This document shows positions 48,017 through 57,082 of a stretch of 64,000 nucleotides of DNA, piece by piece. The number at the start of each line of letters is the position of its first letter. The stretch's first letter is position 1. A model generated the notes under the pieces. It was not told the origin of the DNA and ran no database searches. It saw only the letters and a list, made by a program, of their open reading frames with translations. Source of the stretch: a virus. Lineage: Duplodnaviria > Caudoviricetes. A program made the translations under genes and the position numbers. The stretch covers positions 6,800-70,799 of the IMG/VR virus record IMGVR_UViG_3300034079_000027; one strand, written 5' to 3'.

Positions 48017-49883
48017 GATTCGGCAAGAGATAAATTTTTTAAGTGTTGCTGTTTCTGCAACACCACTTAATGCTGCAAATATTTTCTCTGGTTATTTTGC
48101 AAATGCCACTTATTATTTTGAGGTTGTTGCCAAAGTTGCAAGTGGAACATTAACCGTTCAAATATCTACGGGTGCAATTATCTCTTTCACCGAAACAACT
48201 TACACACGTAAAAGGGTTAGTTGTACCCCTTATGATTACGGTTACCTGACAATTATATTATCGGGAGGCACAAGTCCCAGTGTATTGTCAGCAAAAGTGA
48301 TTGTATTACAAGACACAGGTAGTTCTGGTCAAATACCTATCACCACATCACACTTTGATATTGGATCAACAGAAACAGGAAGAGTAAACACAACGGCTGC
48401 ACCTGCGACCTACCCAAAATATTGGAATTACGACTCAACGAAATGGTCAACAAACTATAATTTTTATGCAGAAGTCTTTTATAAAGGGAATGACTCGATG
48501 TATAATGTTACCGTTTATCTACAAGAAGATAACGGCAGTTTCGGCTCGTGGACTAATAAAGCAACCATAGTTTCTGCCGCAGCAGGTACAACAGCCTTAG
48601 CTTACAATAAAGTACTATTTACTCCAATATCGGGGAGAAATTACCGGATTGCTTCATTGTCGAGTAGCAGCATGGCTAGTTATGACATATATAATGCCCG
48701 GATTATTGTCGCAGCGGGAGCCTTAGCTTATTCTAACAAAATTTCATTAGGAGGAAATAGTCAAGATTTGCATTGTTGTGTAGCTTTATCAGCTACTAGA
48801 TTTGCTGTAATCGCAACATTCAATTCCTCAACCCCACAGATTTATGCTTTCGATTTATCTGGAACAACATTATCTCAAGTAGGGGATTCACCAACTTTTT
48901 GGGGTTACTATGATGTTGCTGTGTGTAAAATATCAAGCACACAAATAGCAACCGTGGATTCTTACTATGGAACACTTTACATGAATACATTTAACGGCTC
49001 TACATGGACTCAGGGTGCGAGTTTAGACTTAAATGCGGACACATCTACTTATTATATTGCTATTTGTGCTTTATCAGCAACAAGGATCGTCACTTTGTTT
49101 TATCAAAATTCATTTAAACAGCATTACCTTCAGGTTGTTGACTGGAATGGGTCAAGTTGGTCAACCATAGCAATATCTCAATACGAATTATGGTATTTTA
49201 ATAATTCCGGCCCGGCGTTTATGCTTGCTGTTGATTCGACTACTTTTTTCTATTATAAAACAGGTTACTCTGAAATGTGGTGGGGTTCTTATTCCGGGGG
49301 TTCTTTAAATGCTAATAATGTTGCTTTTAATACAGGTAGAACGGACTTTGTTAGTGGTACGTGGCTTTCTGCAACAAGAATAATGCTTTGCACAATAACT
49401 ATCGCCGCTATTTTTGACAGTGCAGGGGGTTGGCATCAAGACGGCCTTAGTTTTACACTCCCATATCAAAATAATTTTGATATAACCGCTTTATCTGAAA
49501 CGCTTGTTGGTATGGTGGGGCTCGATAACACAGGGGTGTTAGTAAATGTTATAAATAATTTCAATACGACACAACCAACCAGAATCCAGTTAGAAATGAG
49601 TTTAGCAACAACTCAAATTGGAGCTTCGACAGGACTAAAGGGTTATCAAAATAATTTTGATCCTGCGGAGTGGGATAGCAGCTCAGGGGAGTTAACCTTT
49701 GAACATGAAGCCTATGGAGCGGCAAGTGGGACAGGAGACGTTAAACTCCAAAAAGATGTTACCGGAACTCCAACAGATATAACCGGATCAACAATCACAG
49801 ATACAGTTGAGCGAGAAAGAACATCGGCGATAACAATGCCGACAGCAGCAACAATAATAGATGTTAATGTAACAGGTACTTAA
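48009..49883 (+). CDS. Fibre-associated adhesin: beta-sandwich repeats with inserted six-blade propeller-like region
   Basis: Blade motifs ALSATRF, KISSTQI, ALSATRI, AVDSTTF, WLSATRI, ALSETLV. Confidence 0.55.
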   Translation: MAKIRQEINFLSVAVSATPLNAANIFSGYFANATYYFEVVAKVASGTLTVQISTGAIISFTETTYTRKRVSCTPYDYGYLTIILSGGTSPSVLSAKVIVLQDTGSSGQIPITTSHFDIGSTETGRVNTTAAPATYPKYWNYDSTKWSTNYNFYAEVFYKGNDSMYNVTVYLQEDNGSFGSWTNKATIVSAAAGTTALAYNKVLFTPISGRNYRIASLSSSSMASYDIYNARIIVAAGALAYSNKISLGGNSQDLHCCVALSATRFAVIATFNSSTPQIYAFDLSGTTLSQVGDSPTFWGYYDVAVCKISSTQIATVDSYYGTLYMNTFNGSTWTQGASLDLNADTSTYYIAICALSATRIVTLFYQNSFKQHYLQVVDWNGSSWSTIAISQYELWYFNNSGPAFMLAVDSTTFFYYKTGYSEMWWGSYSGGSLNANNVAFNTGRTDFVSGTWLSATRIMLCTITIAAIFDSAGGWHQDGLSFTLPYQNNFDITALSETLVGMVGLDNTGVLVNVINNFNTTQPTRIQLEMSLATTQIGASTGLKGYQNNFDPAEWDSSSGELTFEHEAYGAASGTGDVKLQKDVTGTPTDITGSTITDTVERERTSAITMPTAATIIDVNVTGT

Positions 49884-52015
49884 TGGCAACAATTAGCGGA
49901 AATAAGCTCATTATAACCTACCAATGGTTAAAGGGTACGACCTACTCTGGTTCGGTTTCGGAAACAACTTCCGCAAACGACTCTTGTAATGGGGTTATTC
50001 CTGCGACCGGGATTTGCCTTGAACAGATTTCTGCTTTAGATAACGCCGACGCTATAATAATCGCAAGTGCTTCAAATAATGAAGCCGCCACAGCCACAGA
50101 TAGCGAATCGGCTATTCAAACTGCCAACGCAACGAAGACAGAGCCAGTATCAGCCATAGACACTAAGTCGGCAATAAAAACAACAAACACAACTTTAATT
50201 GAAGCGGCAAACGCAACCGATACTCAGAGCAGTGGATTATTAGCGACTTCGAGCCAATCGGAACCCATTAATGCCACCGACACCCCTTCAGCTATAATTG
50301 TTGTGTCTGCGGCAACTATTGAACCCGCAACCGCAACCTCTAACGAGAGCGGTATATCGAACCAATTAGCGGCAAAAACCGAACCTTTAACCGCTATTGA
50401 TACCCCAACGGGAACCCAGACCGCAATAGCCGCCAGAACAGAAACGAACACGGTAATTGATACTCCATCGGGTAAAGCGTTATTCCCGGTAACCATTACA
50501 GAAACCGGAACAGCCCAAGACTTAAATTCTGGGTTACAGACTGCCATTGCCGCCAGACCAGAACCCGCAAGCGCAGTAGATCAAAATAGTGCTATTACCT
50601 TACAGCTTGCAACCGGATTGGAGGCTACCAACGCTACGGATCAAAACACAGGGATACAGACCTCCATCGCAGCTATTGTAGAGGGTATAACAGCAACAGA
50701 GCAAAATCAGGGTGTATTACAGGTACAACAGGTAACTATTTCGGAAGCCGGAAATGCAACAGATACTTTATCGGCAATTGCGACTTTAATTTCGGCAATC
50801 ACGGAGGCCGGGGCCGGAACAGACAGCCCATCGGCAATAAAAACAACCGCAGCCAGTAATACGGAGGCCGGGACTGCTAATGATAATGATAGCTCAATAG
50901 CTACATTCCCGGTAGTCAACACTGAGGCCGTAAGCGCAACCGATTTAAGGAGTGCAATAATGACCGGGCTAACCTCCATTGTGGAGCCGGGAAATGCGAC
51001 AGAAACCTCGAATCGTGTAAATACACAACCTGCAAACCAAGTTGAGGCAGGATCGGCACTTGATACCCATTCGGTCGTTAAGACTACCCCTGCGACTATT
51101 AACGAGGCCGGAACAGCAACCGACACGCAGATTACCGTTAAAACAAGCCCTGCGGTAATTACTGAAAGCGGATCGGCACTAGACATTCCGACAGCTATTC
51201 AGACCTCTAAGGCTGCAATAACAGAAGCCGGGAGCGCACAGACTATTCAGGACTTTACGGGTTCTACGTCGGTAAGCACATCGGAAAGCGCACCTGCCTT
51301 AGACTCAGAAACAGCTACCCAGACTTCTAGGGCAACACAATCAGAAACAGGAACCGTTGCGGACACCGTTAATGCAATTTATACAACCTCAGGAACCCGC
51401 ACGGAGGCTGCAACTGCCATTGATAGCCCGGATGCTGCAATTAAGTACCCGGTAGCGATTAGTGAAACAACCACAGCGCAGGAAACCTCTGACGGAGAAT
51501 TAAGTGTTGGCCCTAGTGTTTTACAGGCCGATATTTCTGAAGTAGCCAATGTAACGGATAACTCATCGGCAACGGCAGTTTTCAGAATCAATGTCGTAGA
51601 GGCCGGAGCGGTACTTGATTACCCATCAGGATTATTAACCACATTCTCAGAGACGAACGAAAATTGCACCGCTTCAGATTTGCATGATGCGGCTATCCGA
51701 ATTGTAGCAAGCGCAGATATTATCGAGTCGATCAATGTTCTGGATGAAGTATCAGCCCTACGGGAAGTTCACGCAGCCACATGGGAAGATTGTTCGGTAA
51801 TAGACGTTATCCTCGCAGAAATACAATACCGGGTTTATTATCCCGGCGAAGAGATACGGGCAAAAAGTATTATAACAACAGAGTTACGGGCTAAGTCGGT
51901 AATCTTCCTAGACTCGGACACGATTATTTTCAGAACAAAATCAAAGATTACCATAAGCAGCAATCAGGGCAGCAAAATAACAACCAACAAACACCTAACG
52001 TCTAAAATTTACTGA
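49883..52015 (+). CDS. Fibre stalk with about 31 tandem 20-aa E-x5-D repeats
   Basis: e.g. ANATKTEPVSAIDTKSAIKT / TNTTLIEAANATDTQSSGLL; T/A/S-rich. Confidence 0.7.
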   Translation: MATISGNKLIITYQWLKGTTYSGSVSETTSANDSCNGVIPATGICLEQISALDNADAIIIASASNNEAATATDSESAIQTANATKTEPVSAIDTKSAIKTTNTTLIEAANATDTQSSGLLATSSQSEPINATDTPSAIIVVSAATIEPATATSNESGISNQLAAKTEPLTAIDTPTGTQTAIAARTETNTVIDTPSGKALFPVTITETGTAQDLNSGLQTAIAARPEPASAVDQNSAITLQLATGLEATNATDQNTGIQTSIAAIVEGITATEQNQGVLQVQQVTISEAGNATDTLSAIATLISAITEAGAGTDSPSAIKTTAASNTEAGTANDNDSSIATFPVVNTEAVSATDLRSAIMTGLTSIVEPGNATETSNRVNTQPANQVEAGSALDTHSVVKTTPATINEAGTATDTQITVKTSPAVITESGSALDIPTAIQTSKAAITEAGSAQTIQDFTGSTSVSTSESAPALDSETATQTSRATQSETGTVADTVNAIYTTSGTRTEAATAIDSPDAAIKYPVAISETTTAQETSDGELSVGPSVLQADISEVANVTDNSSATAVFRINVVEAGAVLDYPSGLLTTFSETNENCTASDLHDAAIRIVASADIIESINVLDEVSALREVHAATWEDCSVIDVILAEIQYRVYYPGEEIRAKSIITTELRAKSVIFLDSDTIIFRTKSKITISSNQGSKITTNKHLTSKIY

Positions 52016-52016
52016 C

Positions 52017-52304
52017 ATGGAAAAGATATATAAAAACCAAGGAAAGTTCGACTTATACCTCGATACAGAGGTTGACGCAACAGGGTCTTTAAATATGTCG
52101 ATTGACTATGAAACCCCGACTGGAAATTTAGGAAGCTTCCCGGCGATCCTTTCAGACACGAACACTACGCTTTGCCACCATTTTATAGATGGGGAATTAA
52201 ACGAGGCGGGAACATGGAAGTTCTGGAGTAATGTAACCTATTCGGACGATAGGAGCGCAACAGGGCAACCCGTGAGAATTAAAATTTACGAAGTAGGAGA
52301 ATAG
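52017..52304 (+). CDS. BppU-N-like small Ig-fold structural protein
   Basis: IDYETPTG..DGELNEAGTWKFW..V. Confidence 0.5.
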   Translation: MEKIYKNQGKFDLYLDTEVDATGSLNMSIDYETPTGNLGSFPAILSDTNTTLCHHFIDGELNEAGTWKFWSNVTYSDDRSATGQPVRIKIYEVGE

Positions 52305-52306
52305 CC

Positions 52307-52729
52307 ATGAGCCGGATCGCACTAACCGCAAACCTGTACCTCGATGAGTACATCCCGAAAGAGTTGTACCTCAAATACGAGAAGAACCCCACCATTTTAA
52401 TCGGGTTGCTTGATCGCAGATTAATCTACGCCGACCAGAAACTAAGAGAGCATTTCGGCCCGGTGACTATCAACAACTGGTACATAGACGGGGATCGGAA
52501 CTGGTCGGGATTAAGAACCTCTGCAAGCTCTGATTATTCGCCTACGTCGCAACACTCGTTCGGAAGAGCCTCGGATAAACTATTTAAAGCCCCGGCTGAA
52601 GATGTTCGGAAATACATTCAGGAAAACTGGCAGAGCTTAGGGATTACCTGTATTGAGTCGGGTGTTTCTTGGGTTCATTCAGACGTTCGCTTTTACAATC
52701 AGGGGAGCCTTTTAATCGTACACCCATAA
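52307..52729 (+). CDS. Endolysin, peptidase M15 family
   Basis: SGLR..SQHSFGRASD..WVHSDVR Zn-peptidase motifs. Confidence 0.8.
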   Translation: MSRIALTANLYLDEYIPKELYLKYEKNPTILIGLLDRRLIYADQKLREHFGPVTINNWYIDGDRNWSGLRTSASSDYSPTSQHSFGRASDKLFKAPAEDVRKYIQENWQSLGITCIESGVSWVHSDVRFYNQGSLLIVHP

Positions 52730-52739
52730 ACTAAACGCC

Positions 52740-53267
52740 ATGATAATATTTCACTATTCGATACTTGAATTGCTCGACAATAGCCAATTGCAGTCGATGT
52801 ATAAAGCAAACACCTTGCTTGAAAGCTCTTTGAATGTAGCAGACGACACCGTAATCTCTGACGAGGATCAGGTTATCTGTAAAAAGTTCTTAAAAACAGC
52901 GTCCTCGAATGTCGCTCAGGTTTTATCCGGGTACATGAAAAAGCTAGTTGACGATGTAAACGACCCCTTGTTAGGGTTTGAATTTGATATTGGATATAGC
53001 GAAATCCAAGGATCATTCGAGGAATTAACCACCGGGGCAATTGTCTTCAGGCTAAATATGCCCGACACGTTTAACACGTCGCTTATCCCGACTATTGACG
53101 ACTTGATCCAAACAGCCTTGGAAAACTTTGTTTTAATGAAAATGGCAAAACTCCGGGGAATAGACTCAGCCTCATATCAGGAAAGCTATGATGAATCCCT
53201 CTCGTTGTTGCGCAGCTATATCCATCAGCGCACAAGCCCAATAAGCACACCTATTAAATTTTACTAA
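52740..53267 (+). CDS. Putative head-tail connector / ring protein
   Basis: LIPTIDDLIQTALENFVL; paralog of next gene. Confidence 0.5.
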   Translation: MIIFHYSILELLDNSQLQSMYKANTLLESSLNVADDTVISDEDQVICKKFLKTASSNVAQVLSGYMKKLVDDVNDPLLGFEFDIGYSEIQGSFEELTTGAIVFRLNMPDTFNTSLIPTIDDLIQTALENFVLMKMAKLRGIDSASYQESYDESLSLLRSYIHQRTSPISTPIKFY

Positions 53268-53278
53268 CACCTACTCCA

Positions 53279-53791
53279 ATGACAGTAACGAAAACCACCG
53301 GAATAATTAAGTTCTCATACACGATACAATCGCTCTTTGATGCGGTAACGTTAGAAACCCTCACTCAGGCAGAGAAACTGTCTCAGGAGAGCGATAAAGT
53401 AGATGAATTTGGGTTATCTGAAGATGAGCGGCTCCAGTTTAACGCCTTTCTTACAGAGGGGCATGTTAAGATATTTGGCAAGTTGCTAAAAATGACTTCC
53501 GGGGTGACCACTTCCGTCGTGCTTGATTTAGTGGGAACGACCAACCCGGTTGTAGAACCTTCGGTATCGGTTACCATTGTGGACAAACAAGGCTATAACG
53601 GTAATTATTTGCCGATGATTGATAACGAGATCAAGTTTGCCCTGCAAAACTACATCATCAAAGAGTGGTACGTAAAATGTATGCTTGCAGACCTCGCCAA
53701 ATACTTTGATGCGAAGTATCTGGAGAACATGAAAAACATACAGCGTTACGGGTTATCGCTCAGAAAGCCAAACATGACACCAACCCCATAA
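53279..53791 (+). CDS. Putative head-tail connector / ring protein
   Basis: YLPMIDNEIKFALQNYIIKEWY. Confidence 0.5.
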   Translation: MTVTKTTGIIKFSYTIQSLFDAVTLETLTQAEKLSQESDKVDEFGLSEDERLQFNAFLTEGHVKIFGKLLKMTSGVTTSVVLDLVGTTNPVVEPSVSVTIVDKQGYNGNYLPMIDNEIKFALQNYIIKEWYVKCMLADLAKYFDAKYLENMKNIQRYGLSLRKPNMTPTP

Positions 53792-53800
53792 AAAGCAAAA

Positions 53801-53824
53801 TGCCTGACTGTAACGGGTCAGGCA
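53801..53824. terminator. Hairpin between convergent late and replication operons
   Basis: TGCCTGAC/GTCAGGCA 8-bp stem with A-run before and T-run after. Confidence 0.6.
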
Positions 53825-53867
53825 CTTTAATTTGTGAATAAACACATCCTCCACCATAGAGTATTGT

Positions 53868-54170
53868 TTAAAGTTTGAATACGATTTTACACACCTCTGA
53901 ATGGCCTTTAACGGCCTCGCTCCATGTTGAATATTTTCTCTGATACTCATCATGTTTACCTCCGAATACCCTAGTTTCAAATAGAAGTGGTGGCCCACTG
54001 GCGGCTATATTTACACCCAGAAATACAGTTGAGACTAAAACGAACCCAATAGTTGTTTGCTTTACAATACGGTCTATCGTATTCATCTTATTCGCCCAGT
54101 CACTCACATCTTTAGATTTAACTACCCTTTTCTTATCTAAAATGTAGAACTCCCGCATCGCATTTTCCAT
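53868..54170 (-). CDS. Paralog of 698-1027
   Basis: VSTVFLG..GPPLLFETRVFGGKHDEYQRKY. Confidence 0.7.
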   Translation of the reverse strand: MENAMREFYILDKKRVVKSKDVSDWANKMNTIDRIVKQTTIGFVLVSTVFLGVNIAASGPPLLFETRVFGGKHDEYQRKYSTWSEAVKGHSEVCKIVFKL

Positions 54171-55048
54171 TAGCTCAAAACCTGGGACTCTAACTCTTTG
54201 ATGTAGATATTTTGGTGTTTGATTATCTTCCGGTACATCTTCATTCGCTTGTTCATGATGAATAAAGTACCCTTGCTAATCGACTTTAATCCACTGTTTT
54301 CTACCACCTTATTATCATCTAGGAATTCTAATCCCTGTTCTTCCTCTTCGGTAATATCGTTAATTTGCTCGGCATTACTCCGCAATGCTTCCCGGTCTAT
54401 ACCCGGTAATTCGCGCTTAATTTCACGGGATAATATTGTAGTTGTTTTGTTTTTAAGCTCTCCGTTTTTTTTGCGCTGTTGGTTTTTACTTCTAAAATAT
54501 CGAGCAAGCCTATCCACTTCGTATTCAAGATTAGCAAGCTTATCGGGGTTTATCTCCTTATTTAAAGACTCGTTATCGTCGTCTTGATGTTCTTCGACGT
54601 AATCTCTTTGTTTACTGGTAAGTTTAGTCGCTTTCATCAATTTGTAGAGATTCTGAATTGCTTCAGCGTCGGCGTAGATCGGGGCATTCTTAGGGAGCCA
54701 TTCGTATTTTGTTAACGCACGTTCGCCCGACTGTTTAATCAATCCACAATGGGTTATCGCAAACCTATAATCCTCCGGGTTAGGAAGTTTACGGTTGAGG
54801 ATGTTGTCTTTTAATGAATAGTGGTAATTTTCCCTCTTGTTTTCGTTGTAAATATCCTGAAGGATGGATAAGATTTTATTACACTCGGCAAGACTAAACT
54901 GTTCAGCGTAACGTTTAGCCATGTGTTGAGGGCTTAATTTAGCCCATTCTTCAATGTTAAGCTGACTAACATCAATCTTTCCGTGATACTTAAATCCCGC
55001 CGCCTTTAACGCTTCATAGAGAATTGAAGCAAAATCGCTTTTCTGCAT
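54170..55048 (-). CDS. Hypothetical protein
   Basis: 292-aa helical ORF. Confidence 0.6.
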   Translation of the reverse strand: MQKSDFASILYEALKAAGFKYHGKIDVSQLNIEEWAKLSPQHMAKRYAEQFSLAECNKILSILQDIYNENKRENYHYSLKDNILNRKLPNPEDYRFAITHCGLIKQSGERALTKYEWLPKNAPIYADAEAIQNLYKLMKATKLTSKQRDYVEEHQDDDNESLNKEINPDKLANLEYEVDRLARYFRSKNQQRKKNGELKNKTTTILSREIKRELPGIDREALRSNAEQINDITEEEEQGLEFLDDNKVVENSGLKSISKGTLFIMNKRMKMYRKIIKHQNIYIKELESQVLS

Positions 55049-55207
55049 AACTTTTCTTTGGTTTTTTTTGTTTAACTTTTATACTGGTTCTTAGAGTTAG
55101 GTTTTCGATATTTAAATGTATGCCAAATTTTTAACTTATTGATATATTTTGAGGCAATATTTTACAACACTTTAACCCATTTATTTCCAGTATATTAAAA
55201 CCATAAG

Positions 55208-55489
55208 TTACTGTTTTTTGTACCAAAAGCACAATGTACATGAACTTCGAGGCACGTAACGATAGCGAATTCCTGTCGAACACTTTACCAAAAAAGTAAA
55301 ATTATCAAAGGCTATAACCTCGCCTCTGACCCTTCTATTGCAGCTTTTAAAAGAAATTATGTAACCTACCGGATCGTCGTTAAACTGTTGTACTACCCCG
55401 ACCCATGTTGCAAAAAAAACTAAGGCTAAAATTGTAGCTAAGTAGCTCAAAATAGCAACATTCGATAAATATATTGCAAGATGTTTCAT
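55208..55489 (-). CDS. Small membrane-anchored protein
   Basis: N-terminal hydrophobic segment, basic Cys-containing tail. Confidence 0.45.
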   Translation of the reverse strand: MKHLAIYLSNVAILSYLATILALVFFATWVGVVQQFNDDPVGYIISFKSCNRRVRGEVIAFDNFTFLVKCSTGIRYRYVPRSSCTLCFWYKKQ

Positions 55490-55659
55490 ATAAATAAGTT
55501 GAGTTGATTGTTAGGTTTAGTCATTTGCTTTATAGCCGCATCAACCTCGGCTTCGATCTTACGGCAAGCCCGTAAATCTTCATAATCACGGTCTTTAAAA
55601 TACTTCCGTTGCAGTTCACGCATACGGATTACTCTTTCAATAAATTCCTTATCTGTCAT
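55486..55659 (-). CDS. Conserved Bacteroidota phage small protein
   Basis: FIERVIRMRELQRKYFK..EAEVD..QLNLF; start reset to 55659. Confidence 0.6.
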   Translation of the reverse strand: MTDKEFIERVIRMRELQRKYFKDRDYEDLRACRKIEAEVDAAIKQMTKPNNQLNLFI

Positions 55660-55669
55660 GGCTTTGAGT

Positions 55670-57082
55670 TTAGAATGGATCAATATCTTCTTTAGGCAAA
55701 TATTCCGGCGGTATCTCACCGGGGGCGCAGTCGTAAAAATGTGTTGTTTCTTTATTGAACCGGACAAGGAACGTTCCGATACCGATATTACGCCCCTTCT
55801 CGATAATACATTCGGCAAGACCTTCGGTTTTAAGCCCCGTATATAGCTCTTCAAATTCAGTCATTGCATAAGTTTCCGGCCTCCAGACCATCATGACAAT
55901 ATCCGCAGCCTCTTCTATCTGGCCTGAACCCCGGAGCCTGTTTTTAGACGGCCTGTGTTTGGTTTTATCCTCGGTGTTTAAACGGCTCAATTGTGAAAGG
56001 GCAATAATTGGAATGTCGAGTTCTTTAGCCACATTCTTTAACCTCCGGGCTATCTCTGCAATCTGGGATTCGTCGGACTTGTTTTTTAAGCCAGTGCTTA
56101 CCAGTTGTAAATAATCGACCACCCCCAGATTAATGTCGTACTTCAGTTTTAGCTTTCGCAGCGAGGTGCAAATTTGGTCGATACTAGAGCAGCTACTCTC
56201 ATCAAAATAGATCGGCAGGTTCTCCATGCGGGTCGTTTGGGTTTTAATCTGACTACGCTCCAATGGACTTAATCTATAATTCATGATCCGCTTTGAAGAT
56301 ATTCCAGACTCCTGAGCGATTAAACGAGACACTAGCTGACTCTTGCTCATTTCAAGAGAATAGATCGCTACACGGGCTTTATAGTACAATGCAGCGTTCT
56401 TTAAGATCGAAAGAGCCAAAGATGTTTTCCCCTGAGAGCTTTCACCCGCAATAATGATCAAGTCGCTTTTTTGTAAGCCGCCAGTAAACCTATCGAGCCG
56501 GGTAAGTCCCGTACCCATTCCGGTTATGCCTATTGTTTCAAGGTTGAGCTTGATTCGCTCTTCAATCTCACGGATAGCGTCGCTAATCTTAAATTCACGC
56601 TTAGAGCCTGTTTCAAACAAACTAATCAAGTCGTTCTGAAGACCGGATAAAGTATCTTCAATATCAGTATTCTGGTCGTAAGCCTGAGTACTGCGCAGAG
56701 AGCATATTTTGATGATTTGCCGGGCTGCATAGGTTTGTGCTATAATCCGGGCGTGGTATTCGATGTGTGCGGCACTGGCCACCCTTGATGTTAACTTCGT
56801 GACGAAAAGTGGGCCACCAACCTTATCGAGATTCCCGGTTGTTTTAAGCTCTTGTGTTATCAGCATTAAATCAACAGGGTTTCCTTTTGCAATCAAGTCT
56901 TTTACGGCCCGGTAAACAATCTGGTGTTCGAGTTTATAAAAAGACTCTTCACTCAAAATCTCGCTGATAGAGAAGTACGCATCACGCTCTAGCATAAGCG
57001 CACCTAAGACCGCCTCTTCTACCTCTAAAGCTTGTGGAGGAACCAACCCGTAGGCTGCGTTAATTTCATCAATCTTGCTCAT
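55670..57082 (-). CDS. dnaB: Replicative DNA helicase
   Basis: PPQALEVEEAVLG, AGESSQGKT, VVDYLQL, LSQLSR, LRGSGQIEEAAD, KGRN. Confidence 0.96.
   Translation of the reverse strand: MSKIDEINAAYGLVPPQALEVEEAVLGALMLERDAYFSISEILSEESFYKLEHQIVYRAVKDLIAKGNPVDLMLITQELKTTGNLDKVGGPLFVTKLTSRVASAAHIEYHARIIAQTYAARQIIKICSLRSTQAYDQNTDIEDTLSGLQNDLISLFETGSKREFKISDAIREIEERIKLNLETIGITGMGTGLTRLDRFTGGLQKSDLIIIAGESSQGKTSLALSILKNAALYYKARVAIYSLEMSKSQLVSRLIAQESGISSKRIMNYRLSPLERSQIKTQTTRMENLPIYFDESSCSSIDQICTSLRKLKLKYDINLGVVDYLQLVSTGLKNKSDESQIAEIARRLKNVAKELDIPIIALSQLSRLNTEDKTKHRPSKNRLRGSGQIEEAADIVMMVWRPETYAMTEFEELYTGLKTEGLAECIIEKGRNIGIGTFLVRFNKETTHFYDCAPGEIPPEYLPKEDIDPF

Noticed and set aside
49870-49890. Programmed -1 frameshift joining adhesin and stalk
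   Set aside because: No X XXY YYZ slippery heptamer; TAATG coupling is common in this genome
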